A DNA stretch of 62,403 nucleotides from Chiloscyllium plagiosum (lineage: Eukaryota), in assembly GCF_004010195.1 (NCBI RefSeq), contig NC_057718.1:26663688-26726090 (forward strand), read 5' to 3'. Below, piece after piece: positions 12,227 through 24,086 of the stretch; positions within the stretch are counted from its first letter, which is position 1; every line of letters begins with the position of its first letter. The translations under genes were made by a program, and so were the position numbers. The notes under the pieces are model-generated. The model worked only from the letters and a program-made list of their open reading frames with translations, was not told the DNA's origin and did not search any database.

Positions 12227-13865
12227 ATGCATAGTGAAGTTACAAAGCTGAGATACTGAGGGATCTGGGTGTCCTACTGCACAAATCACAAAAAGATTAT
12301 TATGCATGTAAAGCAAGTAATTAGGAAAACTAATAGAAGGTTATCTTTTATTACAATGGGAATTGAATACAGAAGTAGTGAGGTTATGCTTCAATTATTT
12401 AGGGTACTAATGAGACCCACAGCTGGAGTCTTGTGCACAATATTGTCCATCTTATTTAAGGAAGGATGGAGAAGCAGTTCAGAGCTAGTTTACCTAATTG
12501 ATACCAGATATGACTACATTGTCTTATGAGGAAAGGTTAGACAGGCTAGGCATGTATTTGCTGGAGTTTAGAAGAGTCAGCGTTAACTTGACTGAATCAT
12601 GTAGGATCCTGAGGATTAGGTTTGGAAATTATGTTTCCTCTAATGGGAAATTCTAAAACTAGCGGTCATTATTTAAAAATCAAAGGTCATGCATTTAAAT
12701 AGAAATGAGGTGACATTTTTTATCTCAGAGGATTGTGTGCCTTTAGGACTCTCTTTCTGAAATAGTGATGCAAACAGAGTCGTTGAGGTAGATAGATAAG
12801 CAAGGGGGTGAGAGGTTATCAGGGATAGGCAGGAATGTGGTTTTGAGGTTACTCTCAAATCAGCAATAATCTTATTGAATAACAGAGCAAACTGAAGGGG
12901 CAGAATGGTCAAGCAGATGTGAGGGACTGAATGGCCTACTTCTGCTCTCAGTTCATATGCACACTTAACTTGTATTTATACTCTTTTTTGGAGCAACAGT
13001 GCAATAGCTAGTTACATGATGCTGAACAAATTGATGGCACTACTAAATATGGTTAGTTCCTCTGTCAATGTTTCCGAAGAATCTTGGTGGTTTTACAGCT
13101 GGATGTCATTCCTGCTGCTAATCCTCCCCTTTATCCACCCTGGGACTAGCACTGCTATGAACTGACTTGCTTGCAATATTGTAAAGACACCTTTGTAACC
13201 AGCAAGTTCTAGAGTAACATTTGAAACCAAAAGCTCCTAACTCATAGGAAGGAGAGCTATCTATTGAACCACATCAGGACCTACATTTCTCAATGTAGAG
13301 AACATGCAGCAAGAGAGGGTCTTAAGGTAAGTTTTATAATTGCAGCAGTGCGAGAGATGATCCTTTTCATGTACTTAATGGCACAAATGTTGTGTGATAT
13401 CTCAATATCAGCCTAGATGTTGCAGATCCTGATAATTTAGGTTGCTTCATTATTCGAGAAGTTGTCAATAAAGTTGAATACCTGCAATGATTGACATCTA
13501 AACTGGTGCTCAGAAAGGAAAGATTCTCACTAATCAGTTAGTAGAATGGAGGTATTTGGCAATGAGTAATTTTTTTGGAATTGAGTTTGAAATTTCTTGA
13601 TGCTTGCCATCATTTTTAAAATTCCAACAGTCAAGTCCATCAAACTATATACTAAGCTGTCCCAGTCTATCCTGCCATGACTGTCATTTCCAGAGACAGT
13701 AACTGGAGGAGCCAAGCATATTGATCTAAAGATGGTGCACATGACTTTCTGATTTTTATGACTAGTCAGTGGGATAGCTCTCATTTTACACACCAGCTCC
13801 CAGATGTTAGACTTTGCAGGTTTGAATGTACAACAATTGTTTGAATCTTTGCCCAAACCATAGTT

Positions 13866-14733
13866 GAACATAAAAACAAGGAGCAGAAGTAGGCTATCTG
13901 GTCCTTCGAGCCTGCTCCGCCATTCAATAAAATCATAGCTGATCATTTCATGGTCTCAGCTCCAGTTATTCACCCTCTCACCATAATCCTTAATTCCTTT
14001 ACTGTTCAAAAAATTATCTATCTTAGCTTTAAAAACAATTAATGAAAAAGCCTCAACTACTTCACAGGGCAGGGGAATTCCATAGATTCACAACCCTCTG
14101 GATGAAAAAGTTCCTTCTCAATTCAGTCCTAAATCTGCTTCCCCTAATTTTGAGGCTACACCCTCTTGGCCTAGCTTCACCCAGCAGTGGAAATATCCTC
14201 TCTACTTCTATCCCATCTATTCCCTTCATAATTCTTTATGTTTCTATAAGATCCCCCCTTATTCTACTAAATTCCAATTAGTGTCTCCTCATAAGCCAAC
14301 CCCCTCAATTCCAGAATCAACCTAGTGAACCTCCTATGCACCCCCTCCAGTGCCAGTACATATTTTCTCAAATAAGGAGACCAAAATTGCGCAAAGTACT
14401 CCAGGCCTCACCAGCACCCTAAACAGCTGCAGCATAACCTCCCTCCTTTTAAATTCAATCCCTTTAGCAATGAAGGATAAAATTCCATTTGCCTTTTTAA
14501 TTACCTGTTGCATCAGCAGACCAACCTTCTGTGAGTCCAATAATTTTACCTGTCATAATTGAGTTGTTCAGGATGGCACATCAAGGCTGTACTCATTTTC
14601 ATAACCAGGTGAATACAATATTCTTAATAGCTTTTAAACTTTATTTACTAGAACATAGAACATTACAGCGCAATACAGGCCCTTCTGCCCTCGATGTTGC
14701 GCCAACCTGTGGAACCAATCTGAAGCCCATCTA
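13866..14733 (-). mobile_element. CR1 LINE 3' fragments (13866-14533 and 14649-14733)
   Basis: Minus ORF QQVIKKANGILSFIAKGIEFKRREVMLQLFRVLVRP. Tails gaacataaaaacaaggagcagaagtaggc and tagaacatagaac. Confidence 0.85.
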
Positions 14734-14889
14734 ATTAAACTAGTTTTATTTTGTATTGCGTCTTTTAAAAAAACAAACAGGATTGGTTAGGTCACATGTT
14801 ATCTCTCGCAAATGAGAAATATAGCATTATGGCAAAAGATTTAGAGATCACAGTAACCATGTAACAAATGTAACAAACAAATTACTTAC

Positions 14890-14954
14890 CTATAACTGAT
14901 CGATTAAGTTTACTGGTTGGGACATCTGAGAAGGAATCCAGAGCTTCTGTCACC
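14890..14954 (-). CDS. CLIP4: CLIP4 internal coding exon (65 nt, phase 2/1) after the CAP-Gly domain
   Basis: catctgtag|GGTGACAG...GTTATAG|gtaagt. Translates (R)VTEALDSFSDVPTSKLNRSVI, similar to CLIP4 RVTDSLDTLSEISSNK. Phase matches the previous exon. Confidence 0.9.
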
Positions 14955-15109
14955 CTACAGATGAAACCAGGCACAGTTCAGAAGCAAGAAGAAAATCATA
15001 TTATTAGTCATCTAGTGCCACAGAATTTAAGTATTGTTAAAAAAAATACATTTCTCTTTAGTAATTTACCCTAAAATTTGAATAAAACTTACATTTCAAT
15101 TAATGCTTT

Positions 15110-15790
15110 AGTTCTGCTGACAAAAATATACATTTGTCAAAGCTTTTCATCTCAAACGCATCAGGAAATCTTAGAAGAATATAAATTCGAAGGGAAAACC
15201 AACATTTATACTGCATGAGGACAGACAAAGTATTGACCATATCTGACCAAACTATGTTTGCAAAACTTGCAACACGGTGTCTAACATCAGATGCAATTGT
15301 GCAATTGGAAACAATTTGCTAGATAATCCTGAACTATGCATTGAACTAGGTGGCAAACAATTCAGGTCTGTCAATTGGGGTTGCAGTGTGGTACACTTGG
15401 GTGCATTTGAAGCTCCATATATTAATATTTAGGGCCTTGTTCTTTGCAGTCAGAAAGAACATATACAGGCACTGCATCGGTTTCATCTCAACAAAAATAA
15501 ATGACTGCATTAGCTCTTCATTTCTCAGGGCAAGGTCCTGATCAATCAGAGAAAACCTGCTCAGATGAAAACTTAATAAAGCCTAGCTGTTAACTATCAT
15601 CAATATGTGCATTCTCCATTGCAATGCTGCTACCAATCAGAGCTCAACTGACAATCAATTCGCACTGTTCTCTCGTGCAATAAAAACGTTGACTTTCTCT
15701 CTAAATAAGTATTCTTGTGCGATGTCCTGATACCTACAAGATAAAAAACATCCACAAAATGTATCTTTTTCACCAAAACATAAGAATAAT
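15110..15790 (+). mobile_element. Penelope-like element 3' end (GIY-YIG C-terminus plus terminal repeat) with an inverted copy of the terminus at its 5' side
   Basis: 15290-15480 decodes with frameshifts to AIGNNLLDNP...QFRSVN...HL..FEAPYINI.GLVLCSQKE, paralleling ORF 33136-33393. 15125-15215 is inverted relative to 15670-15775. Confidence 0.65.
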
Positions 15791-17339
15791 TGGAATGTAT
15801 ATTTTATTCAGAATTTAAGGCAAACCTACTGAAGAAAAATCTATACCTAAATGCTGATTTTGTCTTTCAGCTCTCTAATTTGGAACATAAATGGAGTAAT
15901 GAAGGTCAAGAAATTATGCATTATACAGCTCTGTTGAATTTTGTCTAGTTTTAGAAACTACACTACCTTCAAATCAAACTTGCAGCAGATGGTTGAAGTT
16001 GCTGTATAAAACATGGGGCCACTTTAATACATTATAGGAAAAGGATTAAAGAAGAACGTTGCATTATATTTCAGCCTATAGGTGTACTGAATAACACATA
16101 TGATCACAGATATGGGAAGGAACCTGAACACCAATGAGCAATTGGGAGAGCCGTTAAAAAGACCACAGACTAGATAATCAGTGGCACAAATTGGGCGTCC
16201 ACTGCCCACCATATTCGTAAGGATTCCTGAATAGGAAGGTGTTCAGAGTCCACGCATGAAACAGACATTTGGCTGTTTGCAGATATTGTGACCAAGGGGT
16301 AGTAGAATGAAAATGACTGGACAATTCTATTAAAGAACCAGCACAACCAAATAATTACCTTCTCTACTATATATTCTACCACACACTTGAGGCATATTTT
16401 CCAAATTTCATTGACCACAGAATGCCATCAATATACTTAGGCACTTAGCTTCCAAAAAAACCATCAACGTGATAGAACCACATCTGTAATTCTGGAAGTC
16501 CACTTTTCAATCTTGGTACAGGAGGAAAGGCCTGATGCACTCTTGAGCAACAAGAAATCATTATTGACACTTAATTAGTTATAAAAGCTAATGTGAATGA
16601 TTCATTACTGCTTAGAAGAGTGTATAAATGTTAAAGAACTTTTTAAAATTTCAATCCTGATGGAATTATAATCACCACTTTCAATACAATTTTACATCCT
16701 CAGCAATTTCTAGAACAACATTTAACACACAACTGTCCCCACTGTCCTGTCATACCTAAAATTTATAGCTTTCTCCTCCAGATTTTGGCGAATCAGGTTA
16801 CAATTTCCGTTCGAGCAAGGTTTTTATCATCACTTATCTAGCAATACTCTCAAACTGAATTGCAAATGATCACAGCAATCATGAAGTTAGAGTTACCAAC
16901 AAATCAGTGTTGTCAGACCCACTATGATTAACATCAATTTGCTGATATTAGTCGTGTAATTGCAATCCACTCTTTTAATTATTCCATAGATTTCCGTAGT
17001 TTTATAAGCTTATGAGTAGGGAACAAGGGGACATTGCACATCATAATGTCAGACTGATGCATCAATAAAGTGCTTAATTAGAGCTCTCTGCTGGACTGGT
17101 TAATGATAAATTAACTTACAGCAGACTAGTGTGTGATGATCCAACATCTGAGATAGACTTTCATAGCACAAATTAAATATTAACTAGCTAGATTCCAAAC
17201 TGATACTAAAGGGGAAAACTGACTAGATAAAACAATGAGAAACTGTACAACTAAGAAAATCACCCTAAACAATGTGTTTAATATACTTACTACCTGTGAG
17301 GATAAGGATCAAGACAGTTGGAAGGACAGCCAGAGTGCT

Positions 17340-18538
17340 GTCTTGACGTTTTGAGGCAGGAGGTTTTGAAAGGGAGGAGAAGGTGAAAGAGAACCAAGTG
17401 TGGTAGATGTAGAAGATTCAAAACTTTTTTGGTGGCATGGTGATGGTGGCTGTGGGGAGGAGGTACAGGATAGGGGAGATGGGGAGGAGGCAGCTGCCTT
17501 CCTTTATAAACAGGATCGTGGTTTGTTACCTTCCTGATGCTAGGGTGAGAGACATTTTGAACCACATGCAATGAATATTGGAGGGTGACAGTGGAGATTT
17601 AATTGCTGTCAGCAATGCTGAGGAGAAAGTGAGGACTGCAGATGCTGGAGATCAGAGCTGAAAATGTGTTGCTGGAAAAGCACAGCAGGTCAGGCAGCAT
17701 CCAGGGAACAGGAGAATCGACGTTTCGGGCATAAGCCCTTCTTGGGGCAATGCTGAGCCAAACAACATAAGAAAAAGTAGGCAGGTGATCCTGTTTGGAG
17801 ACTACTGATAATTAGGAGCTAAATTATAGGAAGGGATGATACAGGGAGTGAGTAACCTCCTTAGTATTGCCTAAACTACATTCAAATTGGCATGGGAAAA
17901 GCAGGCTGGGGAGGTGGACAAATGATTGAAGGAATGGTTTGAGAAAGAATAGTTTCACTTTATAGACTGCAAGAGCCAGCATTGGAATACAAAATAACTT
18001 AATCTTCAGGTCTATTTCTACCTGAACCAGGCTGGGATCAAGGTCCAAGTAGGAAAGCTAAGTAGGATGCTCATGAGGATTTCACAATAGCAAATGAGGA
18101 GAGGGCTCATGAGGAAAAAGATTAAAAATAAACAAAATGAAAGACAGTGGAATAACAAGTGGAAGTTGTGTTTTACACGCTGCAGGCAAAGTAAAATCTA
18201 AAAAATGTAAAGCATTTAAAACAGGAGAGAGGATTAGGGACCTTATGAGTTAAACATTGAAGCAGAAAGACAGGTTAGGTATGCAGCCCAAATAAGAGTT
18301 ATTTATATAAATAGAAGGACTACAAAGAAGAAACTGAGCCTGTTCTAGGTACAAACTTAACCTGGACGATATGGCATCCAAACCGTCATAAAGATATGTT
18401 GCAAGATTGTCAGGACTTGATACCAGGTTACAAAGTCTGCAGGATAGTTAGGAAAAATGATGAAGATTCATTTACTTCTTGAATGAAAAGCCTCTATTTA
18501 CATGGAGCCTTACAAAATTACTGGATATCTCCAAGGAG
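17340..18538 (+). mobile_element. Highly decayed CR1 ORF1/endonuclease region
   Basis: gtttgttaccttcctgatgctagggtgagagac (VCYLPDARVRD), parallel to VCCLPSTKIKD in ORF 19455-20000. Confidence 0.5.
17623..17746. mobile_element. Short Penelope-like terminal fragment with truncated hammerhead motif and 11-bp TSD
   Basis: gagaaagtgaggactgcagatgctgg...gacgtttcgggcataagcccttct, flanked by gcaatgctgag at 17612-17622 and 17747-17757. Confidence 0.75.
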
Positions 18539-18539
18539 A

Positions 18540-18715
18540 TTAGATTAGATTCTCTACAGTATGGAAACAGGCCCTTCGGCACAACAAGTCCACACTGCCC
18601 CTCTGAAGAGAAGCCCACCCAAACCCATTCCCCGACCCTATATTTACCCCGACTAATACACCTAACACTGTGTGCAATTTAGCATGGCCAATTCCCCTGA
18701 CCTGCACATCTTTGG
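18540..18715 (-). mobile_element. HE1-type SINE 3' half
   Basis: (attag) tail, then ggaaacaggcccttcggc...gcatggccaattcccctgacctgcacatctttgg. Confidence 0.85.
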
Positions 18716-19952
18716 AAAAAAATTGTGGCTGTAACAGGCTGCTCGTTTTTTGAGGTCTTTTAGCTGTTAGAAGCGATTTCCTCGAATTCCAGGAGCAGCA
18801 ATTACTGTTTTATATGCTGTTGCATTGTTTTCGAACTTTGGAGAAAAACAAGTCAAAACAATGGCACTTTTAAAAGGGAGAAGGACAGAAATAGGCTGCA
18901 CATGGTCAGTGCAGGACAGAGAGAGAGAGAGAAAGTAACCCATATTGCTAACTGACACAGCAGTGAATATGTGCAGTTACTGCATTTGATGTTTGAATTC
19001 ATGTATCACTGGACATCAGATTGAGTCTAGGAAAACTTAACAAACAGTGAAATTCACAACTGATCTTGGAGGAACCTGTTTGGGAAAGGCCACAGCACAG
19101 AAACAGAAAAGTGTATAATTTTTAAAGTGTTGCCTTGCTGTAAATCTTGAGTGGGTTCTTTCTTGATTATATGCTTTATTGAGATCTATCTCTTGATTAA
19201 GTTTTAAAAATATAAGCCGTAAGTATTAAGTTAGCCTGGAGCAAAGTTTTGTAGAGCAATAAGACAATGCTATTTTTTGGGACCGTAGATCAGAAGGGAA
19301 AAAAAAGGCCTCTGGTAGAGTGATATGGTCTTCCTATGAGATGTGGGAATTTCGAGAGAGATTACGTGTTACTGAGGATTATATCTGCAGTAAATGTCAT
19401 TGGTTGCGAATACTATCAGATCAAATGGATTTGTTGGAGTGATAGTTAGAGGCAATGAAGAATTTACAAGAGCAAGGGGGTGTGATGGATGACAGTTATA
19501 GGAAGGGAGAAAAGCCGCAGATACAGTCACATAGGTTGGTTAACTCCAGGAAAAGTAGGAAAGGTAGGCAGGTAGTGCAAGAGTCTTCTGTGGCTATCCC
19601 CATTTCAAACAAGTATTTTATTTTGGAAAATGTAGGGGGTGATGGATTATCAAGGGAATGTAGCACAATTAGCCAAGTTTCTGGTGTCAAGACAGGCTCT
19701 AATGTAATGAGGGGTACGTTGGGTTCTAAGCGATCGATTGTGTTAGGGAACTCTCCAGTCAGAGGGACAGACAGACATTTCTGTGGCCGGCAGCAAATCA
19801 GAATGGTGTGCTGCCTCCCTAGTACTAAGATCAAGGATGTCTCAGAGAGGGTGCAGACCAATCTCAAAGGGGAGAGGGACCAGCAGGAGCTCATTGTACA
19901 CATTAGAACCAACAACATAGGAAGGGAAAATGATGAGATTTTGAAGGGAAAT
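18716..19952 (+). mobile_element. CR1 LINE 5' UTR and ORF1 (decayed Zn-finger plus SGNH/GDSL esterase)
   Basis: ORF 19455-20000 has IVLGNSPVRG (GDS block), VCCLPSTKIKD and VHIRTNNI (GTND block). Upstream is DYICSKC (Zn-finger remnant). Confidence 0.8.
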
Positions 19953-20310
19953 ATAGACCTTGGCTATTCATCTTATCTATGTACTCTTATGATTTTATAA
20001 ACCTCTTTGGCTTTTTTTATTTATTCATAGGATGTGGGTATTGCTGACTAGACCCACATTTATTGTTCATCCTTAATTGCCAAAAGGGCAATTAAGAGCC
20101 AACCACATTGTTGTAGGTCTGGAGTCACATGTAAGCTAATTTAGGTAAGAATGGCAGTTACATTCCCTATGGATATTAGTAAATCAGATGGATTTTTCCT
20201 GACAACCAACCATGTTTCATGGTTATTAGACTCTTAATTCTAGATTTTCATTGAGTTCAAATTTCACCATCTACCATATCAGAATTTGAACTGGGGTTGC
20301 TAGAATGTTG

Positions 20311-20450
20311 GAGTTGAGAGTGGGGTGCTGGAAAAACATAGCGGGTCAGGCAGCATCCAAGGAACAGGCAAATTGACGTTTCGGGCAAAAGCCCTTCATC
20401 AGGACCACACTCTCAATGCTAATCTCCAGCATCTGCAACCCTCATTTTTG
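20311..20450. mobile_element. Short Penelope-like terminal fragment with an inverted piece
   Basis: gagttgagagtggggtgctggaaaa...gcccttcatcagg, followed by the inverted accacactctcaa...ctccagcatctgc. Confidence 0.7.
20375..20402 (-). ncRNA. Minimal type I hammerhead ribozyme core (candidate)
   Basis: Minus strand CTGATGA-A-GGGC-TTTT-GCCC-GAAA-C-GTC: intact core boxes, 4-bp stem II, palindromic ACGT in place of stem III. Confidence 0.6.
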
Positions 20451-20545
20451 CCAGAATATTAGCTGGGTCTCTAGATTATTAGGTCAATGTCTCACCAGAT
20501 TATACACTGTCAACCTTATTTAGTGGGGACCATTTTCTGCAAATT

Positions 20546-20628
20546 TGACAGTGGGGCGATTCAAACCCACAACTTGATAGAAGTTGGACCTTAAATGTAG
20601 CACATTCGACTGCTCATGCGGCACTATC
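20546..20628 (-). pseudogene. Decayed tRNA-Leu-like sequence
   Basis: Minus GATAGTGCCGCATGAGCAGTCGAATGTGCTACATTTAAGGTCCAACTTCTATCAAGTTGTGGGTTTGAATCGCCCCACTGTCA is colinear with vertebrate tRNA-Leu (GGTAGCGTGGCCGAGCGGTCTAAGGCGCTGG...GTGGGTTCGAATCCCACCGCTGCCA) but has many mismatches. Confidence 0.55.
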
Positions 20629-21760
20629 ACAATAGTGGTAACTCACAATTTTCTGCCTCAGAGACAAGCATGCTATCCTCTGAATGGAAAAAAAGTAACA
20701 TCTCAATTTCAGAATGTCATACATGGGTCTAAAAGATAAAAGATGGCGTCTACGGATGATAAATATCCAACAATGGCTAATTGCTTGAACTTGCTAAGAC
20801 ATCTAATAATTTCTACTGTCTCTAGCCTAGTTACCTCAAAGCATGTTTTTCTAAAGGAATTAATGATCAAGCTTTTGCAATATGTTCTTCCAAAGATATA
20901 TTTTATAAACATCATTAGCACTTATGCATTAATTATGTTGAACAGCAAACAGTGAAAGTATACAAAGAGCTGGAGTAGTTCACCTTGACCAATATTAAAA
21001 TCAGAATTTTTGATGTTATATTCTAATATTAGCATACAAATGTTAGAGCAGTAAGGATCAATATTAATAAGTTTATTATTGAGCCTAATAATAAGTAAGT
21101 TACAATAGCTGATAAAATAACTCACAAAGGAATTTAACATGAACATGTTAACTACTTGTCTAATAATACTTCAAAAGTGCAATGTTGCTTGCTCTTATGT
21201 GGGCAAGTGGTATAAAGGATGTTGTAATACTGGGCTTTTATTGATTTAGGAACTTCATTTTTTTTTCCTTGCCATGTAATTATAAAACATAATGAATGCG
21301 TCCTTGCACTTAGAATTGGTATCTGCTCGACTGCCTGATAGCACAATTTGCAACATGTTGGAATCGCCAGGGTAACCCACATGCTGATTGTTGAATGGAT
21401 CACTGCCTACTGAAGTAACAATTGTCTCTAAGTACTCATCCACACTACTCTGAAAACATAATCAGAGTTCAGAAAACAACTCAATGCCAAGCACTTCAAA
21501 GATCTAAGCGTTGTTCTCAAAACATTCAGTATTGTCATTAAGATGATGCCGGTGCAATACCCTTAATTTGAATGAAAGACTTAAAAATATTACATGACAA
21601 AACAATCCAGTGTGAACAGCCCAAGAAATATGTGACCCGTAAAACATTAAATGTATTCTAACGATTTTATCATGGTTAATTTGAGAATCACATCAGGCAA
21701 AAACAGTTTTGTATTTTTGATTTTCCTTTAAATTGTAACCAGTAACTTTTCTGTTTTTAT

Positions 21761-21971
21761 TAAGACCATAAGACATAGGAGTGGAAGTAAGGCCATTCGG
21801 CCCATCGAGTCCACTCCGCCATTCAATCATGGCTGATGCGCATTTCAGCTCCACTTACCAGCGTTCTCCCCGTAGCCCTTAATTCCTCTAGACAACAAGA
21901 ATCCATTAATCTCGGCCTTGAAGACATTTAGCGTCCCGGCTTCCACTGCACTCCGTGGCAATGAATTCCAC
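21761..21971 (-). mobile_element. CR1 LINE 3' end (CpG-rich, probably young)
   Basis: taagaccataagacataggagtggaagtaaggccattcggcccatcgagtcc...ggcaatgaattccac. Confidence 0.85.
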
Positions 21972-22831
21972 TATTCAATGATGTCACTATTTACTTGACA
22001 CTAGGTTAATCAAGTCCCAGTTTCATGTCCTAAGCAGATATGGATTGAAGATGTTTCACACCATCTCAACTGACCTTGCTTTCAACCTCATTTTCTTCCA
22101 CCTTCATCCAGAAAAGGAACTCCACAGGTATGTATGGTCAAACACGTGAACCATTTATTGAGAAATGAACCACTGAAATGCTGTGCTGTTCATTTTTCAC
22201 TACTTTAACTTTAATTGAAAACCCTGAATGAAGGAGAATAACTTTTCTTAACCTCTCTCTCTGCAGTAACTGACTTCATAAGCTGCTTGAATATCAAAAC
22301 TGATCGTAACACAGTGAAAGCCTTGAAATAAAAATGTTGCAAAAAAATCTACAGTAAGATGGAAATAGTTACAAATTTAACTAAAGCTAGCTAAATTCAA
22401 GCTTAAATACATTGACACATAAGTAGCACCAGTGGTTTATAGAAGTCATTCTTGTGGAAAATGTAATTTTGTGTATGCATCTCCCTCTTGGGGCAAGGGG
22501 TGGGGGGTTGAAATACTCTTATCCAACAAAGACTAATAAACATGTACAGTCACCACTGTATCACTGTAAAATGAATATATTGGGCATATTTAGAAAGGTG
22601 AGTGACGATTAAGCCTCTGGTTGGAGGCTTTCCTGGAGTTTCATCATGTGATGCTCAGGCCATATGACATTGGATCATGTGAAAAACCACATCACTGTCA
22701 CATAAGATACTCGAAGATAATTAATTAGTTGATTGAAACTTCTTTATAATGTAATTTTTTTTAAAGTTGAAACCTATATTCTGTTCAGAATTTCAGTCTC
22801 TTATTTTGACTTTGTTTAAGAAAATAAGAAT

Positions 22832-23217
22832 ATGAGGAGGGACCTTATAGAGGTTTATAAAATCATGAGGGGCATGGATAGGATAAATAGACAAAGTATT
22901 TTCTCTGGGGTGGGGGAGTTCAGAACTAGAGGGTATATGTTTAGGGTGAGAGGGGAAAGATATAAAAGAGACTTAAGGGGCAACGTTTTCACACGGAGGG
23001 TGGTACGGGTATGGAAAGAGCTGCCAGAGGATGTGGTGGAGGCTAGTACAATTACAACATTTAAAAGGCATCGGAATGCGTATATGAATAGGAAGGGTTT
23101 GGAGTGATATGGGCCAGTTGCTGGCAGGTGGGACTAGATTGGGTTGGGATATCTGGTCGGCACGGACAAATTGGACCGTAGGCTCTGTTCCCTTGCTTTA
23201 AATCTCTATGACTCTAT
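22832..23217 (+). mobile_element. CR1/HER1-like LINE 3' end
   Basis: ORF RRDLIEVYKIMRGMDRINRQ...TFKRH plus a 3' UTR ending ctctatgactcta. Confidence 0.92.
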
Positions 23218-23337
23218 AATATAGCTTCATGACATTGTGAAGCAGAAACAGCAAAATAAAATCCTTGCATTTACAATATTTATATTTAGGGGAGTCAAGA
23301 ATGTGTGTTTGTGGCAACATCAGATCAGCCATGATCT

Positions 23338-23660
23338 TTAGATTAAATTAGATTACATTACATTACAGTGTGAAAACAGGCCCTTCGGCCCAACGAGTCC
23401 ACACCGATCCGCCGAAGTGAACCCACCCATACCCCTACATTTACCCCTTACCTAACACTATGGGCAATTTAGTATGGCCAATTCACCTGACCCTGCACAT
23501 CTTTGGACTGTGGGAGGAAACCGGAGCACCCGGAGGAAACCCACGCAAACACGGGGAGAACGTGCAAACTCCACACAGTCAGTCGCCTGAGGCGGGAATT
23601 GAACCCGGGTCTCTGGCGCTGCGAGGCAACAGTGCTAACCACTGTGCCACCGTGCCGCCC
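23338..23660 (-). mobile_element. HE1-type SINE, full length, inserted in a CR1 3' UTR remnant
   Basis: (attag/attac) tail at left and ...aaccactgtgccaccgtgccgccc head at right. Confidence 0.93.
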
Positions 23661-24086
23661 AATGGTAGAGCAGGCTCAAGGATCAAATGGCCTACTCCTG
23701 CTCTTAATTTGTTATCAGTGTTCCAAGATGCTTAATGAGCATTATCAATCACACATTTTTGCTACTAAGCCACGTAAGAAGATATGAGGCAGATAACAAC
23801 AATATTGGTCAATGGTATATGTTTTTAGGATTGTCTTGGAGAGAGGTGAAGAGGCAGAGAGATATCTGGAAGTAATTTCTCCCTAATTTAGGATTTGGTG
23901 TCATGGCAGCCAATGGCCCTGGAGGGATCTTTTAAAATAATTCTCTGATGGGCTGTGAGTGTTATTGGCGAGGCCAGCATTTACTGCCTATCCCTAATCA
24001 CCATTTGGGATGAGCCATCTGTTTGAAATCCTGCAGTCCACGTGAGGTCCAGTATTTTGACCCTGAAACATTGAAAAAATCAAAGT

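Larger units (their letters stand above)
10345..12960 (+). mobile_element. Older CR1 RT fragment (10345-10660 plus 12227-12960), split by a younger opposite-strand CR1
   Basis: IAKLADDTK at about 10500. Continues at 12269 as QVIRKTNRRLSFITMGIEYRSSEVMLQLFRVL and ends in a 3' UTR gaatggcctacttctgct. Confidence 0.75.
20015..20490 (-). mobile_element. DeuSINE/SacSINE1-like tRNA-derived SINE, interrupted by a Penelope-like fragment
   Basis: Reverse complement of the family at 28819-29100 and 35826-36170 (agatggtgaaatttgaactcaatg core; ggcaattaaggatgaacaataaatg tail). Confidence 0.65.
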
